From: Tubiluchus corallicola
Taxonomy: Eukaryota; Animalia; Priapulida
Assembly (NCBI GenBank): GCA_030141605.1
Contig: JAQGDQ010000007.1
Span: 1 to 64,000 of the forward strand
Direction: 5' to 3'
DNA: 64,000 nt
Part shown: piece by piece, positions 38,144 to 64,000 of the stretch
How positions within the stretch are numbered: the first letter of the stretch is position 1
How the letters are laid out: each line of letters begins with the position of its first letter
Notes under the pieces: generated by a model
The model's database searches: none
Seen by the model: only the letters and a program-made list of their open reading frames with translations
What the model was told of the DNA's origin: nothing
Translations under genes and position numbers: made by a program

Positions 38144-41100
38144 ATGGACTTAGTTGCAGTGACGAAGTATCGTGGAATAACATGTCGATATGACCACTCT
38201 TCAAAGTTGATAATGTATTCGTATTCGTTTTGCCTCACTGAATTGCACATACAACTTTTAAGGTTTCTTTTACAGTTTTGTGAAATTGATTACAAGCTAC
38301 GATTGTTGCCAATCGCGTAGATAATAGCGCAGCAGCCGCTCCCCGAGAACATTTTTCAAAATTGGCGCCTTTTCAACGGCACCAAAACTCATTCATTTTG
38401 TTCGCATTTTACGTTTAGAATTTAAATAACACACATGCTTTTATGTTGTTTTGAGATTTAGGAAAAACTGCAATAATACGTACTATTATTATGTTTAATT
38501 TTAAATACAAAATGAAAATTACGTACTTCATTTAAAACTGTATGCTTCTTTTGTTTCGATTTTAAACACAAAATTAAAACGTTTAGCGTACAAATGCGCT
38601 AAAAATTGTATGTGATGTTTCACAGCGCCTTTTTTATGTGCTTGCTCCCCCTAACTTTAGTAGCGGACTGCGCCCCTGGATATGGTTTAGTCAAAGCAAT
38701 AATGCACCATTTCGCAATAAAATTAGTCGATACAAAACATGCCTTCATGACAACAAACTGACTGAACTTAGTAATCACATGTCAGTAATTATACTATTAA
38801 TTTTATCAGTCGGTGTAACCAACTCCTGTTTTAAATTGTGTAAGTATAATCACCATTGCAGAAATAGTTCTCGTGACAGCAATAGGATTTCCTCGTGTTG
38901 ATTCTTTTCTCAAAGTTCCAGATCGTAAAATACAAAAAAGCTTTATAATAACTTAACAAATGGATCTTCTTTTTTCTCCTACTTATTTTTTATTGGATAA
39001 AGGTTTTTTTACAAATGATTTTTAAAAGTTTTTAATACTAAAACATTTGATGTTTTCTTGATTTTTTTCACACGTCTGTTTTCCATCAAGTACAGTGTAG
39101 GCTACTTCTTATTTGGTTTCACTGCCAGACTGTGTAAAGCCCTGTTTACACTACGGAGAAGATGCGTGACGCGACCTGGGTCTTCTCAGTCCCTTTCACG
39201 CCTTTATATGAATGTCGACTTACATCATTGCTTATACAACTGCTTACAGATGTGAGGACTTATTTTGTATCGTTAAAAACACTCTGCCAAGCCTCCAAAT
39301 GCACATCGAAAGCCGATTTTGGCCGGTTTTTTGTTGAAGGTGCCTGAAACCATGTTCTAACAGAATCTAAAAAGAAACATCCTATTGCAACTTGTTTTAG
39401 GTTACTTGTTATCTTTACCCGCCTATGCCGATAGTGATTGTTTGCGGCTAAAAGGTCTATAACTAGACATTTTTCAGGCCCATACTTGTAGCTGGCATCC
39501 AATAACATGTTTACCTCACCAAAATTTTCTCTAAACTGCCAAAAGGAATTTGAAGGTCTGTTTCTGGTGATGTCCTGTCACTTGAAAATTTAGTAACCTA
39601 TGTTTTGGTTAGTGGACCAACACCACGAGTTCAAAAATTCATTGCCCACTGACGCCGCTGAAGAGTGTACATAAAATTATTACGGAAAATTAAGGAAAAT
39701 TACGCACAGGGTTCGAAATATTATTTAAACCAGAATACCTAGTATCATTTAGACAGTTTTGACTAACTTGCACTTGTCATTCACCTTTTCAATCAATACA
39801 ACAAAATTCTTGTAATGCGCAGGCTCAGCCACCAAATAATAATAAACTGGTTTCTGTTGTAATTGCTATAAATTTTTAATAAATATTTGTAAATAATGAG
39901 TAGTTTTGTAACACCCTGTATATCACATTACATAAATAACTTCTGCATTTGTCTTTCGGTTCGGTGAACATAAATCAAAGAGGAAAAATAGGATTTATTC
40001 AACTGATCAGAGTCAGACCTAGTGATTCAGACAAACCAGACAAGAACCTTTCGTCAAGAACAGATACAAACTGACCACAAACCATGGCCAATCCCACTTA
40101 AGTTTGTTACACATATTTAACGCATCATTATTGTTACATAATGACGCAAAAATAGTTGCATAATAATCGAAAAATTGTAACATAGTAGCTGTTACGTAAT
40201 GACGAATTACAATATGTTATTATGATACATTTTTGTTCCATAGTGTTGTAGGTATTGTTTTGTTAAATGACAAACCTTAACACTAGCAGTATATAATGTG
40301 AAAAGCACTTCTAACCCATTTCAATTTTTGAGGAACACTCGATTAGAAATCTCCTTTGAATACTTTGTGTTTCGTCCCTTCCTTACAGAGCAATTATTAA
40401 AGTAGACCGTGGTATTATTTTACAAGTAAAATTTCAGGGCATGTACATATTTTGCCCAAATCTTGCTTTTTGTTAATAAAATTATTATTACAAAAAACTG
40501 TGTAACTAAATGTTTCTCTAGTCAGCTTGTTGAAAATTATTTTATGTATTATTATTGTCCAAAGTCATTATATTTATCATTACGTAACAGGCCTAGACAT
40601 TATGAAGTTGAACTCAAAATCTAAATGTATTTAATTTTCGTCGTTGATTCATAAATTCTTAGTCAAAAATGTTTTCGTATTACATGACAGACATGACCTG
40701 TTTTTCACTTAAAATATAATAATGTTAATTTCTTTATTTTATGCAAGACTGACCCTATTCCAAAGTATTTTCTCTATTTTGGATTGTTAATTATACAGTA
40801 AATGTCATAATTCTAAATATTAATAGTGTTCCCTAAATTAAACCATTAATTTTCTTACCAACCACTGTCTAACGATCATTTTCTGTATCGTGTAAAGAAT
40901 CGCAGACTAGCTAACTTTTTTAGTCTTTTCGCTATCCTTCCTCTAGTTCTATAATTATCTATTTGTAACAATTCTTCAAGGCGTACTCGTTAATTCTGTT
41001 ATTAATAATGTTCAATTATAAATTTCAAAAAACATAAATAAAATGAAATTGAATTGAACTGGATTTGTATTAGACTATAATTCTGTAAGGTGCTTACCTG

Positions 41101-44100
41101 GCCAAACGACCAAGCACGATGGCTCATCTGATCATGCGAGCCAGTAAAGATAATTCCGGTATCGTGCAGATTCTGCAGAACGTACTCACTGCGCAGTGAG
41201 TCATCTTCAAGGTACACGCTGTCTTCTGCGTTTAAAAAAAACGACGGAAACTGTTGTATATAGGAAAAAGGCATTTAAGCGTGCTTAACTTCTTTCAGGA
41301 AAATAGTAACAAACAACATAGAAAAACACAGAATACCCAATAGCATATACAAGAAAAAGCACATACAGGAAAAACGCATTTAAGCGTGCTTAACTTCTCT
41401 CACAAATATAGTAACAAATACACTAAAATAGTAACAACACGAAACAGTAATATCTAAATGGCATTATCAGATGGCAAAAATATAGAATGTATTCAGAAAA
41501 CATTTCGGCACCCAAACGCCACCATCATCAAAATTAATGTTATAACAAAATGCTTAACTTTAGAATATAGATAGAAGGAAATGGATACGGTCAGACTTAA
41601 TTGGATGTTCATTAACTTTTTAGGTGAACTATTTTGCAAACCATGGGTTTGTGATTTTCGTCTGCGTGCGACCAAACCCACACTAAAAATGTTTTATTTT
41701 TTTCTTTATTGCAAAATTCTCAGTAAGGCTTTGCTAAACATAAACGAGTTTAACGATTTTGTTCATCCAGTCAACTAACTTGGTAAAATAGGCAAATAAA
41801 TAATCTATTATTCTCAACATAAACTGATTACTAATCCTAAGTTCTGGAACAAGCATTGACTTCTTATATATAAGTTAGAGCGAAAAGTAAACGAAACTAA
41901 ATATCAAAATGAGTATTTAATAAATATAGCATTGTATAGATATACAACCAACAATGAACTGTGGTATAAAAATGACCAGTACTAATAATTTTTACAAACA
42001 AAACAGTATATAAAGTACATTACGATATGCTATGATGCGTAGTAGGTCTACTATTAAGTAATAATGTGTACTTCGATAAACCTTTTTGTGTTTAGCTCAC
42101 CTTTGCACCAAGGGTTGAACAATATACAAACTTTCGATGAAGCTTGATATGTCTCTATGCGTGATCGGTCATTCTAAAAATAAAATTGAATGTTTACAGG
42201 CGGCATTTGTGATAAATATCTAGCAATAATTCATTCACCAGATATTTTGTGGGTATATTTATGAGTGGGTTTTTATTTTTCACTGTTTTCTTGGCGGTTA
42301 CTGAAGAATTTGCGACAACCTACAACTCAAATGAACCATCTCAGTCTCCCACCATACAAAAGTGGATACACTTTTGGACTTCTAACAGTAATTTAAACCT
42401 AAGAAACATGGTGTTCAAAATAAATTACTTGTATTCAAGGACGGATTATGACTTTTTGGGGCCTTACTCTAATGAAATAATGAAATCAGACCGAGCCACC
42501 TGTAAATCGCCCGTATCTGTCTGGACATTGTTTACTCGTGATATATTTTAGTGACATTTACATAGCCTGAAGTAAACTTATTGCAAACTCTTTAAATAAA
42601 CAGGCATAGCCACCTTTTGTTTGTCCATAAAAAATATACTTTACGAAATGCCACGATTTTACTATTTATTGCAAACCAAATTAGCACATATTTCAATGCA
42701 ATCGTAGAGAACAACAGATTTTTTACCAAACGTTATGAAAGCTTGAGTGGCGCTAGGCTACAGCCTACTACTAGCCTACAAGATAATCTGGCCCTGCATG
42801 TTTTACACAAACTTGCCGTTGGGTTTGTCATCACATAACAAGTCCAATTGCCAACACAGCAGGCATAAGGCGTTATGAGATCCACTGTGTGTCTAGTCCC
42901 TGAAGAAGCAGTTAATTTTGCTGCAAATGTGTCATTAGCTAATAAGGCGCTTTTGTCTTGTAAAGAAAAAATTGCCCGAGTGCCATTACTTTCAATTGCA
43001 TAATCCCCAAAGTCCATTTTGATACGAATCTCATGCTTTTCTGGATCATATTCACTCGACGTGTGGACCTGAAAGATTATAGGTGTACGTGGGCGTTAAA
43101 AATTACTCTTACAGAATTTCAATCAATAAAAATGTTTGTTTTTTTGTAAAACTTTCGCGTAGGAAATCACAGAAATGATAAGTGTATATATACAAACACA
43201 AACAAAAAGGGAGGCTAACATCAAGCTTTTCTGCTAGTATTAATGAAGTATAGTTACACATTTCTACTTTGTAAGCTTATCGTTCTTTGAAAAGGTTTAA
43301 ATAGTGATAATAATTTATCATTTATATAACTCAATCACATCGACTGACTTCGATGCGCTTTACAATTAAAAGTCTGATATCAATTGGTATATGAGCCCTA
43401 CGACTCTACAATCATTATAAAATTATTCATTCTAAAATCGTTATAAATTATTGTGATTGCGAGCAGTACTATAGAATTATAAATTCGATTTTAGAAACCA
43501 CTTACTCTATTTCAATGTGTGTAGGTAATGATCTATAATGCAGCTAAAATGTGCTCTTTTAAGTGCATTTTAAAATCTTGTAATGACGACAATTGACGCC
43601 TGGATAACTGTTGCTGCTGGGGTGTTATTTTTGTTGTTGTCATTGTTGTTGTGTTGTCGTCTTGGTCGTCGTCACCGCCGCTGCTGCTACCTATCGTTTA
43701 GAACTTACTCTAGGCACACACAAGTCAGTTCGTTTTTAAGTGTTTTCTTGACAATAAATATACATACCACCCAGCGCACCAGCTTTCCCCGCCGAATGAC
43801 GGGCCGCCCTTCATTGATGACACAGTCATATTCATCTGTAAAATGCACCTTTGCATTCATGAGTGATTGAAACTCGACGTCAGTAATCTTTGCTGAAGAC
43901 GTAATGGATTCAACTAAAAGAAACTTGAACAATTAAAGTACAAGAAAACACACTTTATACATAAATTCCAACAAATCCGTCTAGAAATTTTATATCACTT
44001 TCATATGTTGTTTTATTTGCGAATGCAGAGCTTGCGTTGACAGTAACGCTGTATGCGACTTGCAAATTTAAACTCCAGCTATAACTCTTCACTAACTAAG

Positions 44101-45570
44101 CAAAAGTATAATTTATTTTATCCTGTTAGTAAGATCGATAGTGTGTTTTTGGTGAACAAGTGACGCACACTGGGGCAGCTTTGTTTTACCAGGTGGCAAG
44201 AATATTTTAGATTATTAAGAATACCTGTCGTTAATAATAGATCAGTTGCGTCTTCCTTGAAGCGAGTAACATTGTAGCAATCAAAAAATCTCTTTTTGTT
44301 TTTTTTTGGTAAAGAATGCCGCAGGTAAAAAATCAGAGGGGAAAAGGGATTTATATGCACCTAAGAGTGTCCGAAAGCAATGATGCAATGATGCCTTGTG
44401 GCACCATTAACATGCAATTACCATAAAGTGCATTTACCAATCTTTTGTGTAATTCTGTCGATATTTTTTCATGTTTACATAATATGTACCACAAAACAGT
44501 AAACAAAAAGACTTAATGAAAAATCAGTATTTCAAAATACCACTATAAGACATAGAAAATGAATATTTAAACAAAGAACAGAGGATTAGTGAATTAAATA
44601 TTGAAAAAAGGGTTAGTAAGTGTATATTCCCATATGTATTTTTACACAAAAACACATCAAAATGATCGTAACCATTTTCTGCACCTATTCTAGATGCAGT
44701 GGATTACAACCTGCCTACGGTAAGCAAAAAACTTTATGAAAATTAAAATAGTGGGCCGCTTTTAATTTTCCAATAGTATTAAGATTAAAGGTGTTCTAGA
44801 GGATAGAGCTTTTAAAAAATGAACATGAAGATTAAAATCATGTTCGCATTCAATCGGTTCTCCTTGCAAAGTTACATTAGCAAGGCTGACATTCCTAAAT
44901 GCATTTGGAATAAAGTACAGTTTTCGTTTTCGACTAGCCATTATTATACCTAATTATATTTTTCAATAACTCCATTTTTGTATCATCATGTGTCTGTTTT
45001 GCTAATATACTGCACAATTCACAACATTAGAGAAAACAAAATTGATTGAAATAAGCTGACATGTGTCAATTACTATAATTATGTAAGTGAATAAATATCA
45101 CACCTGAACCACCCCCATCTGGAGTTGATATTCCAGAATCTGGATCTGGAACTTCTGGTTTTGGATGAATTGGTGGATAGACTGTAACAACGGAAAAACT
45201 AGATTTTTTACATGCATGCTACTTGATAAAAGTTGGTTTATTTTATATTTCTAGTATGTTCTATTATTCGTCATTTGATATTATATCGCTGTCTCATATC
45301 TTATGACTACATGTATACATAATAAAAGCTCTTACGCTGCAAAATGTGAATAGAATAAGGTATGTCCACGTTATAGTCACCTAACCTACGAATTGCAATC
45401 AATTTTATAAAACAAATTTTTTACCTGGGTACCATCCACCAGGATATAGATTACTGAAACTGTATAACGTGTAGCCGTTCCCCGACATGTTGGTAAAATT
45501 GGGGTTCCTCGAGCATGCGAATTACTCGGGAATGCCAGCTCGCTCTTCTGGTTGCCGATGTTTCTAACGA

Positions 45571-45674
45571 ACCACTCAGAACAAAGCTGAGCCTACAGCT
45601 ATCTAACCCACCCAGAACAAAGCTGAGGCTACAGCTATCTAGCCACCCAGAACAAAGCTGAGGCTACAGCTATC
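45571..45674. repeat. Three tandem ~35-bp repeats just upstream of the transglutaminase A start codon
   Basis: cagaacaaagctgagSctacagctatc occurs three times. Confidence 0.9.
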
Positions 45675-47535
45675 AGATTTTACAAAATCCACTCCGAATA
45701 AACAGAATGATGTCACGTGTGATGGCATGCGACGATCAAAAAGCCTTGATACGCGTTGTCAAGGTGTAATGTCATGTTTGACTAATATTTAGGTGGGTAT
45801 GCTAGAGCTAGAAGTCCGCTAATAATCATTTGCGTACATACTTGTAACTGATTCAATGAATAAAAATAAAAGGGTAAAAATCTCGGATTTACCTTTACAT
45901 TTTTAGAGAAAATAGCGTAACGTAGAGCGGATAGTGCTGGTACTGGCGTACTTGTGAAGAAAACGTAAAAAAGCAGTAATAACAGTGACCTATAGAACTA
46001 AGTAACTCGCCAGATTTCTAATCCATTTCGCAATGCTGGTTGTCATTGCGGAACTGGCGTTGAAGTTGAAAACCCGTCGGCCCACTGAACCGATGATGCC
46101 ATTTCATAGCGACAATTTTATACTATGCAATGGCTTCGCATAGACGACACTACCACAATGTAGAAGGCTAAATCAAAAATGACAATGCGCAACGTAACAC
46201 TAGGTACACTTGCAACTTGCAATGTGCCTACATCTTACAGATGCTTTAATGCTTACGATTTGGCCTTATGGCGAAAACTGAATTAAACAGGACCCAAGAA
46301 ACATTCAGCAAGATCGGGAGAGAAATTGATGGTTTACAGCAATTTGATCAGTACAGTACCAAATCATCTTATTAATAAGAACTGAAATATAATAAACATT
46401 TGACATTCGATGAAGAAGTAAACCGATTTTGATAAGAACAAAAAGAAGTGACTATAGTGCTACTATGAGCGGCTCTATATTCATTGCAGTGATGCTAACT
46501 TCATTGACGAAGTTGTTTCACGTGTTTTGTGAACTAAACTTGTCTTTGCAGTACTTATGATCGGCACTAATACGTAATAAAAACAATTTATTTTTGTGCA
46601 TTTTCGTTCTCTTGTAGTGCTTGAAAGATGTGCAAAGATGCAATTGAATTGGTGACAAGCAGTTTAACACCTGGTAGCTCTCCATGCATTAACTACATGG
46701 CAATTTAGAATTTTAGCAGAAAATTTGGCTTCTTTCTCCAACTCATTACTCACAATGGGTAATAATTGGTAAAATAAACCGCAATGGTTTATACAAACTC
46801 TGGCAATCATAACTAATTAATAATTTCTGCAAATTTTGGTAAATCTACGGACGTGTTAGGGTAGTAATTCCTCATACACAATTAATTTATTTTTGTGCAT
46901 TTTATGGTCTTTCCGCAATGCAACGATGCAAACGTTTTGCGAACATAAAATACAACTGAAAACTAAAAAACCTTAATTTAAAGAGGTATAGTTATTATGA
47001 ATTAATTGGCAATTAACGCAAGGCAATATTTTACAAATTTAAGTAAGTGTAAGCTTGTTCGAAAATGGTTCGGACAAATTCCGTATGTAACTAACGTTTT
47101 AGTTCTATTCCGAATTTAGATCACAAAAAATCTATTGTCATTTACATAAACACAGAAAAATATCAGTTTTTAACATTTTCGTTTTTTTATAAGTTTATAG
47201 CAATTTGTTACACTCGAGTTCTGATTTTAGACCATACAAGATCTACTGTATATTCACTGAAGACACAAAAACATAAAATTTCGTTTTTTAACATTTTCTT
47301 TTCATAAGAGATTGTTTGCTATAGTCCAGGATCATTTAATCAATCTTAGAAAACACTAAAAATGCGATGTAATAAAAAATATCACACGTTTGAAATGAGG
47401 AAATTCCGTACATCATGACCTTTTTCTTAGATGCACAAATAACAATTGCGAGAGAGATTACTGGCATTTTTTCTTTCTCAGAAATTTTTTATGCCATTAG
47501 CAGGAAATTTTGGAATTGTATGCCTGTTTTAAGGC

Positions 47536-60815
<13,280 letters not shown>

Positions 60816-61289
60816 CTAAGAAATTAAGCAAAGTTACAAATTTAATATTGAAATTTTTGGTATGTACAGAAGTTTAGAAACGTTTTTCGGCTGCTTTTCA
60901 AAAATCATTGCAAAAAATCGTTAAAACAACAAAACAACGGATTTTAAAACCCATAAGGAGAGGACTTGTTTGGTCAGCATCACTGATTACGCCTCATTAT
61001 TCTTAAAATCTGTTGTCATGCTGTTTTTGGTAACTTTCTGGAGTGTTTACAGGTAAGAATCAGACAAGAACATTTTTAGACTTGTGAAAATATGCCAATA
61101 AACTTTTGCGCCATTTGCTATGCATGAAAAGATTTTTGTGCTGCACAATTAAATAAACTGAAAGTTTGCGAAAAACTATTGACAGTGATGTATGAATCCC
61201 GTATGTAAACGTTACAGAAATTAATGTAGGAACAGGAAATCACATTTTCCCGTTGTTTTATGAATAACAAGCGCTGCAAAGAAGTTAAC

Positions 61290-61625
61290 CGTCTTCTCAG
61301 CTGATTTTGCAAGATTTTGTACTATTCATTTTTTCAGCTTAAGAACTCCAGTTTTCTCAGCTGGTTTTGTATGATTTTGAATGTGCATGCTTTTGTGTTA
61401 TTCTTTTTTCAGCTCACGATTACCCGTTTTTTTCTGCTGAACGTGCACGATTCAGCACTATTCTTTATTTCAGCTTACCCGTCCTTTTAGCTAAATGTGC
61501 ATGATTTAGCAATTTTTCAGCTTGCCTATTTTTCCAGCTGAACGTGCGTAATTTAGCACTATTCTTTATTTCAGCTTACCTTTTTCAGCTGCATGTGTAT
61601 CATTTAACACTATTCTTTTTTCAGA
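61290..61625. repeat. Degenerate minisatellite (ttttcagctga..gtgcatgatttagcactattc-like)
   Basis: Recurring tttcagct and gcactattc motifs. Confidence 0.65.
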
Positions 61626-63099
61626 AAAAATTCTGCGAAATTGCACCATTATTTATTCTGATCTGCAATTATTCCTGATCTATAAAATGGACTACATGTA
61701 AAGTAAATCAAGGGAAACTATAGCAGGCAGACCATGTTTCTTCCCCAAAGTTGTGGAAGAACAACAACAAAACAACGACAATAGCAACAAACAACAACAG
61801 TAACAGCGACAACGACATCTACAACTACAGCGAGCAACAACAACAAAACAGCAAAAGACAACAAGAATAACGACAACGACAACGACAAGAATAATGACAG
61901 TAACAATGGCAATACAGGAAGAACAAACATGTCTAATACGTAATGTAGGTCATAGGTCATGTAGGGTATAAAGCTCATTCAAAACTTTTAGAGATTACAT
62001 ATCCTATATATTTTTGGAAAGTTGAGTATCTGCCTTAATATGAAAATTATCTTTCCATTTTTTCCAAAATCAGCTAGGCAAAAGTGCATAAGGACTAGAC
62101 TACAAACTAAGTCAATGACAATTTTGTTGTTATTATATAAATATAATCATTTTATGTAATTATTATCTGATCAGGAGAAACAGAAAACGAAAATGTTCAC
62201 TTCCTGTTTCTCTCATTTCAGCTACAGCCATTAACATTCATCTAGATTACAAGAATTCTTGAGTTTTATTTTGTGCATTAAAGCGCGAGATACTATTGGG
62301 CTTTGGACTACAACGCACTAAGGAGGTCACAAATCCCCAAACATATTAAATACCCTAACCGTAAACCCACCCGTAATTTTAACCCTAACTGTTAGTGTCT
62401 CTTAGAGGCATATGTGACAGCTTTTCAATCTCAGTTAAATTTTATGTAAACCACTGATCTTTATTTCTGCAGTATTTAAAATTAAAATAGAAAAGCTAAA
62501 TCGACTGGCACTTCGCCAGTTTTATGAAAAGTTACATAGCGTAGTTAGACTGACAGTTAAATAAATCAATCAAAATATGAATGAATAAATCAAAATAAAA
62601 ATTAAATAGAAACTAGTTGACAATGTTTCTGACGTTGTCAGAAACTGAAGATTTTGCAAACAATAGTTTTAAATTCAGCCTTAAAAACGGAGAGATGACC
62701 GCTGTGACAGCCCTATACATTAGTGCTCTATTAAACTAATTAAATTTCGTACTAATTAATCTATCGTACTAATTAAATTTCTACAACTAAGTTTGCTAAG
62801 TTAAGCGGAGTAGCGCCAATGAGTTTAATTTTTGTAGTGCTAAATGAAAAGTTTGTTTTGTTTATCTATGTAATTATTATCTCTCAGGCTAGTATAGTTG
62901 TGCCATCTACTGTCAACTTTGTTTATCAAAGGAAGAAACCAGGGACATGAACTTGACAGGTGTACTTCCTTATTTTGCAAGTTTGATCACCAATCCTGAG
63001 AGATGATAAATAGAACATTCATAGGTGCTACTCTTTATAACGTGTTTGATGGGTCAGATTTAGGTGATGAACCAACCCTTACATGTTATACAGCCATTC

Positions 63100-63722
63100 A
63101 CCTTAGAGCAAACAGGTTTCTTCCCTCCAAATCACCCATATTTTGCCATGTCCAACTTGGCCCCACCTAACCATATACCAAATATTGTCGCCCTAGCCCG
63201 AAAACTGTGGATGAATCCTAAAGAAGAATAAATGAAGACCCGAGCGATCTGTGACCTTTGACCCGGCAACTGGGTCAGGTGTATACGTATATAACTTTGG
63301 CCAGAGAGTGTACCATGCGAGTTTTGTGTCCCTAGCACTCAGCGTGTAAAAGGTCATAAATTGGGGCACCCCAAATTTTGCATTTTGGCCCCTCACTCGG
63401 GCACTTAAAGCTTGTCAGCTTTTTATAACCCCAGGTGCACACCTCGCCCCACAGTACCCAAATACTTGTGAAAAGAATTGGAAAAGAACGAAAGCCCTAT
63501 AAGGAGTTGCGATCTAAAGGAAAAACTGATCGACGCCCACTACCCTTCCCCTTGACCAGTGGTCAGCGGTTACTATACTGTTGTACGTCACCAGCCCAGG
63601 GCTACCTACCCTGCGAGTTTGGTGACCCTAGCTTACAGGGCTTACGAGTTATTAAGCGTTAAAGTGGCAGAGAATAAATAACTCAATGATAAACAGTAAG
63701 ATTTTGCTATAGTTTAATCTTA
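63100..63722 (+). mobile_element. Putative Helentron-associated non-autonomous element with ~150-bp diverged internal repeats
   Basis: Recurring acc.tgcgagttt.gtg.ccctagc core, tgacctttgacc motif and a terminal stem aagatt...aatctt. Confidence 0.45.
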
Positions 63723-63899
63723 ATAAACTTACATCGTTGCGGCATATATCTAATGATAAATTACGCTAGCTTGCTCATATACTACAGGAGAGCATAATGA
63801 CAACTGGGTCAATGCCCGCACTCAAAGTTTCCAGCTACATGGAGACGTCTTGGCTGCAAATTTAAAATTCATTAAGCCAGGTTCACACTGGCCTTAATA

Positions 63900-63957
63900 C
63901 TAACCTAACCCTAATCCTAATCCTAACCCAAAACCTACCCCAACCAAACCCTAATCC
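63900..63957. repeat. Degenerate (CCCTAA)n telomere-like tract; a shorter one at ~62352-62388
   Basis: taacctaaccctaatcctaatcctaacccaaaacctaccccaaccaaaccctaa. Confidence 0.7.
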
Positions 63958-64000
63958 GCTTTACAAACTAATTCCCTGCGTGTAGGGACTTGTAAACTCC

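Larger units (their letters stand above)
36039..45488 (-). pseudogene. Transglutaminase paralog A, internally deleted, probable pseudogene. Exons 45488-45425, 45181-45104, 43913-43768, 43068-42817, 42173-42101, 41225-41098, 36539-36401, 36180-36039
   Basis: The first six exons splice in frame (N..HFTDEY..VIRRG, VGNW, ILFNPWCKEDSVYL..EYVL..G.IF..W.FGQ). No GQCWVF, WNFHVW or TPQE exons were seen before the last beta-barrel exons. The penultimate exon has an AG>AT acceptor and a 1-nt deletion relative to paralog B. Confidence 0.8.

Noticed and set aside
61718-61978. Hydrophobic ORF
   Set aside because: Antisense reading of a degenerate (AAC/GAC)n repeat.

Overview
AT-rich metazoan (invertebrate-like) genomic DNA with spliceosomal introns; most ORFs in the track are spurious or are exon read-throughs. 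(1) + strand, 68 to about 28.9 kb: the 3' part of a modular, probably secreted gene whose 5' end lies outside the window. It has a three-exon C-type lectin domain, 11 phase-1 Ser/Thr-rich mucin-like exons (one ~49-aa repeat per exon), two ShKT exons, two calcium-binding EGF exons, 9 more mucin exons and 7 pseudo-exons. Its 3' part sits in a young ~3.5-kb tandem amplification whose junction lies inside the gag of a BEL/Pao LTR retrotransposon (~29.1-33.5 kb, decayed). (2) - strand: two tandem transglutaminase genes. The distal one (47536 to beyond 60815; catalytic core outside the window) looks intact. The proximal one (36039-45488) has an intact N-terminal part but no catalytic-core exons and a damaged penultimate exon. 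(3) Many mobile elements: two 5'-truncated CR1/L2-type LINEs, a decayed LINE, hAT-like and Academ-like MITEs, Helentron-like repeats, minisatellites and microsatellites. All exon calls were made by eye from splice signals, phase and protein motifs. No database search or expression data were available.
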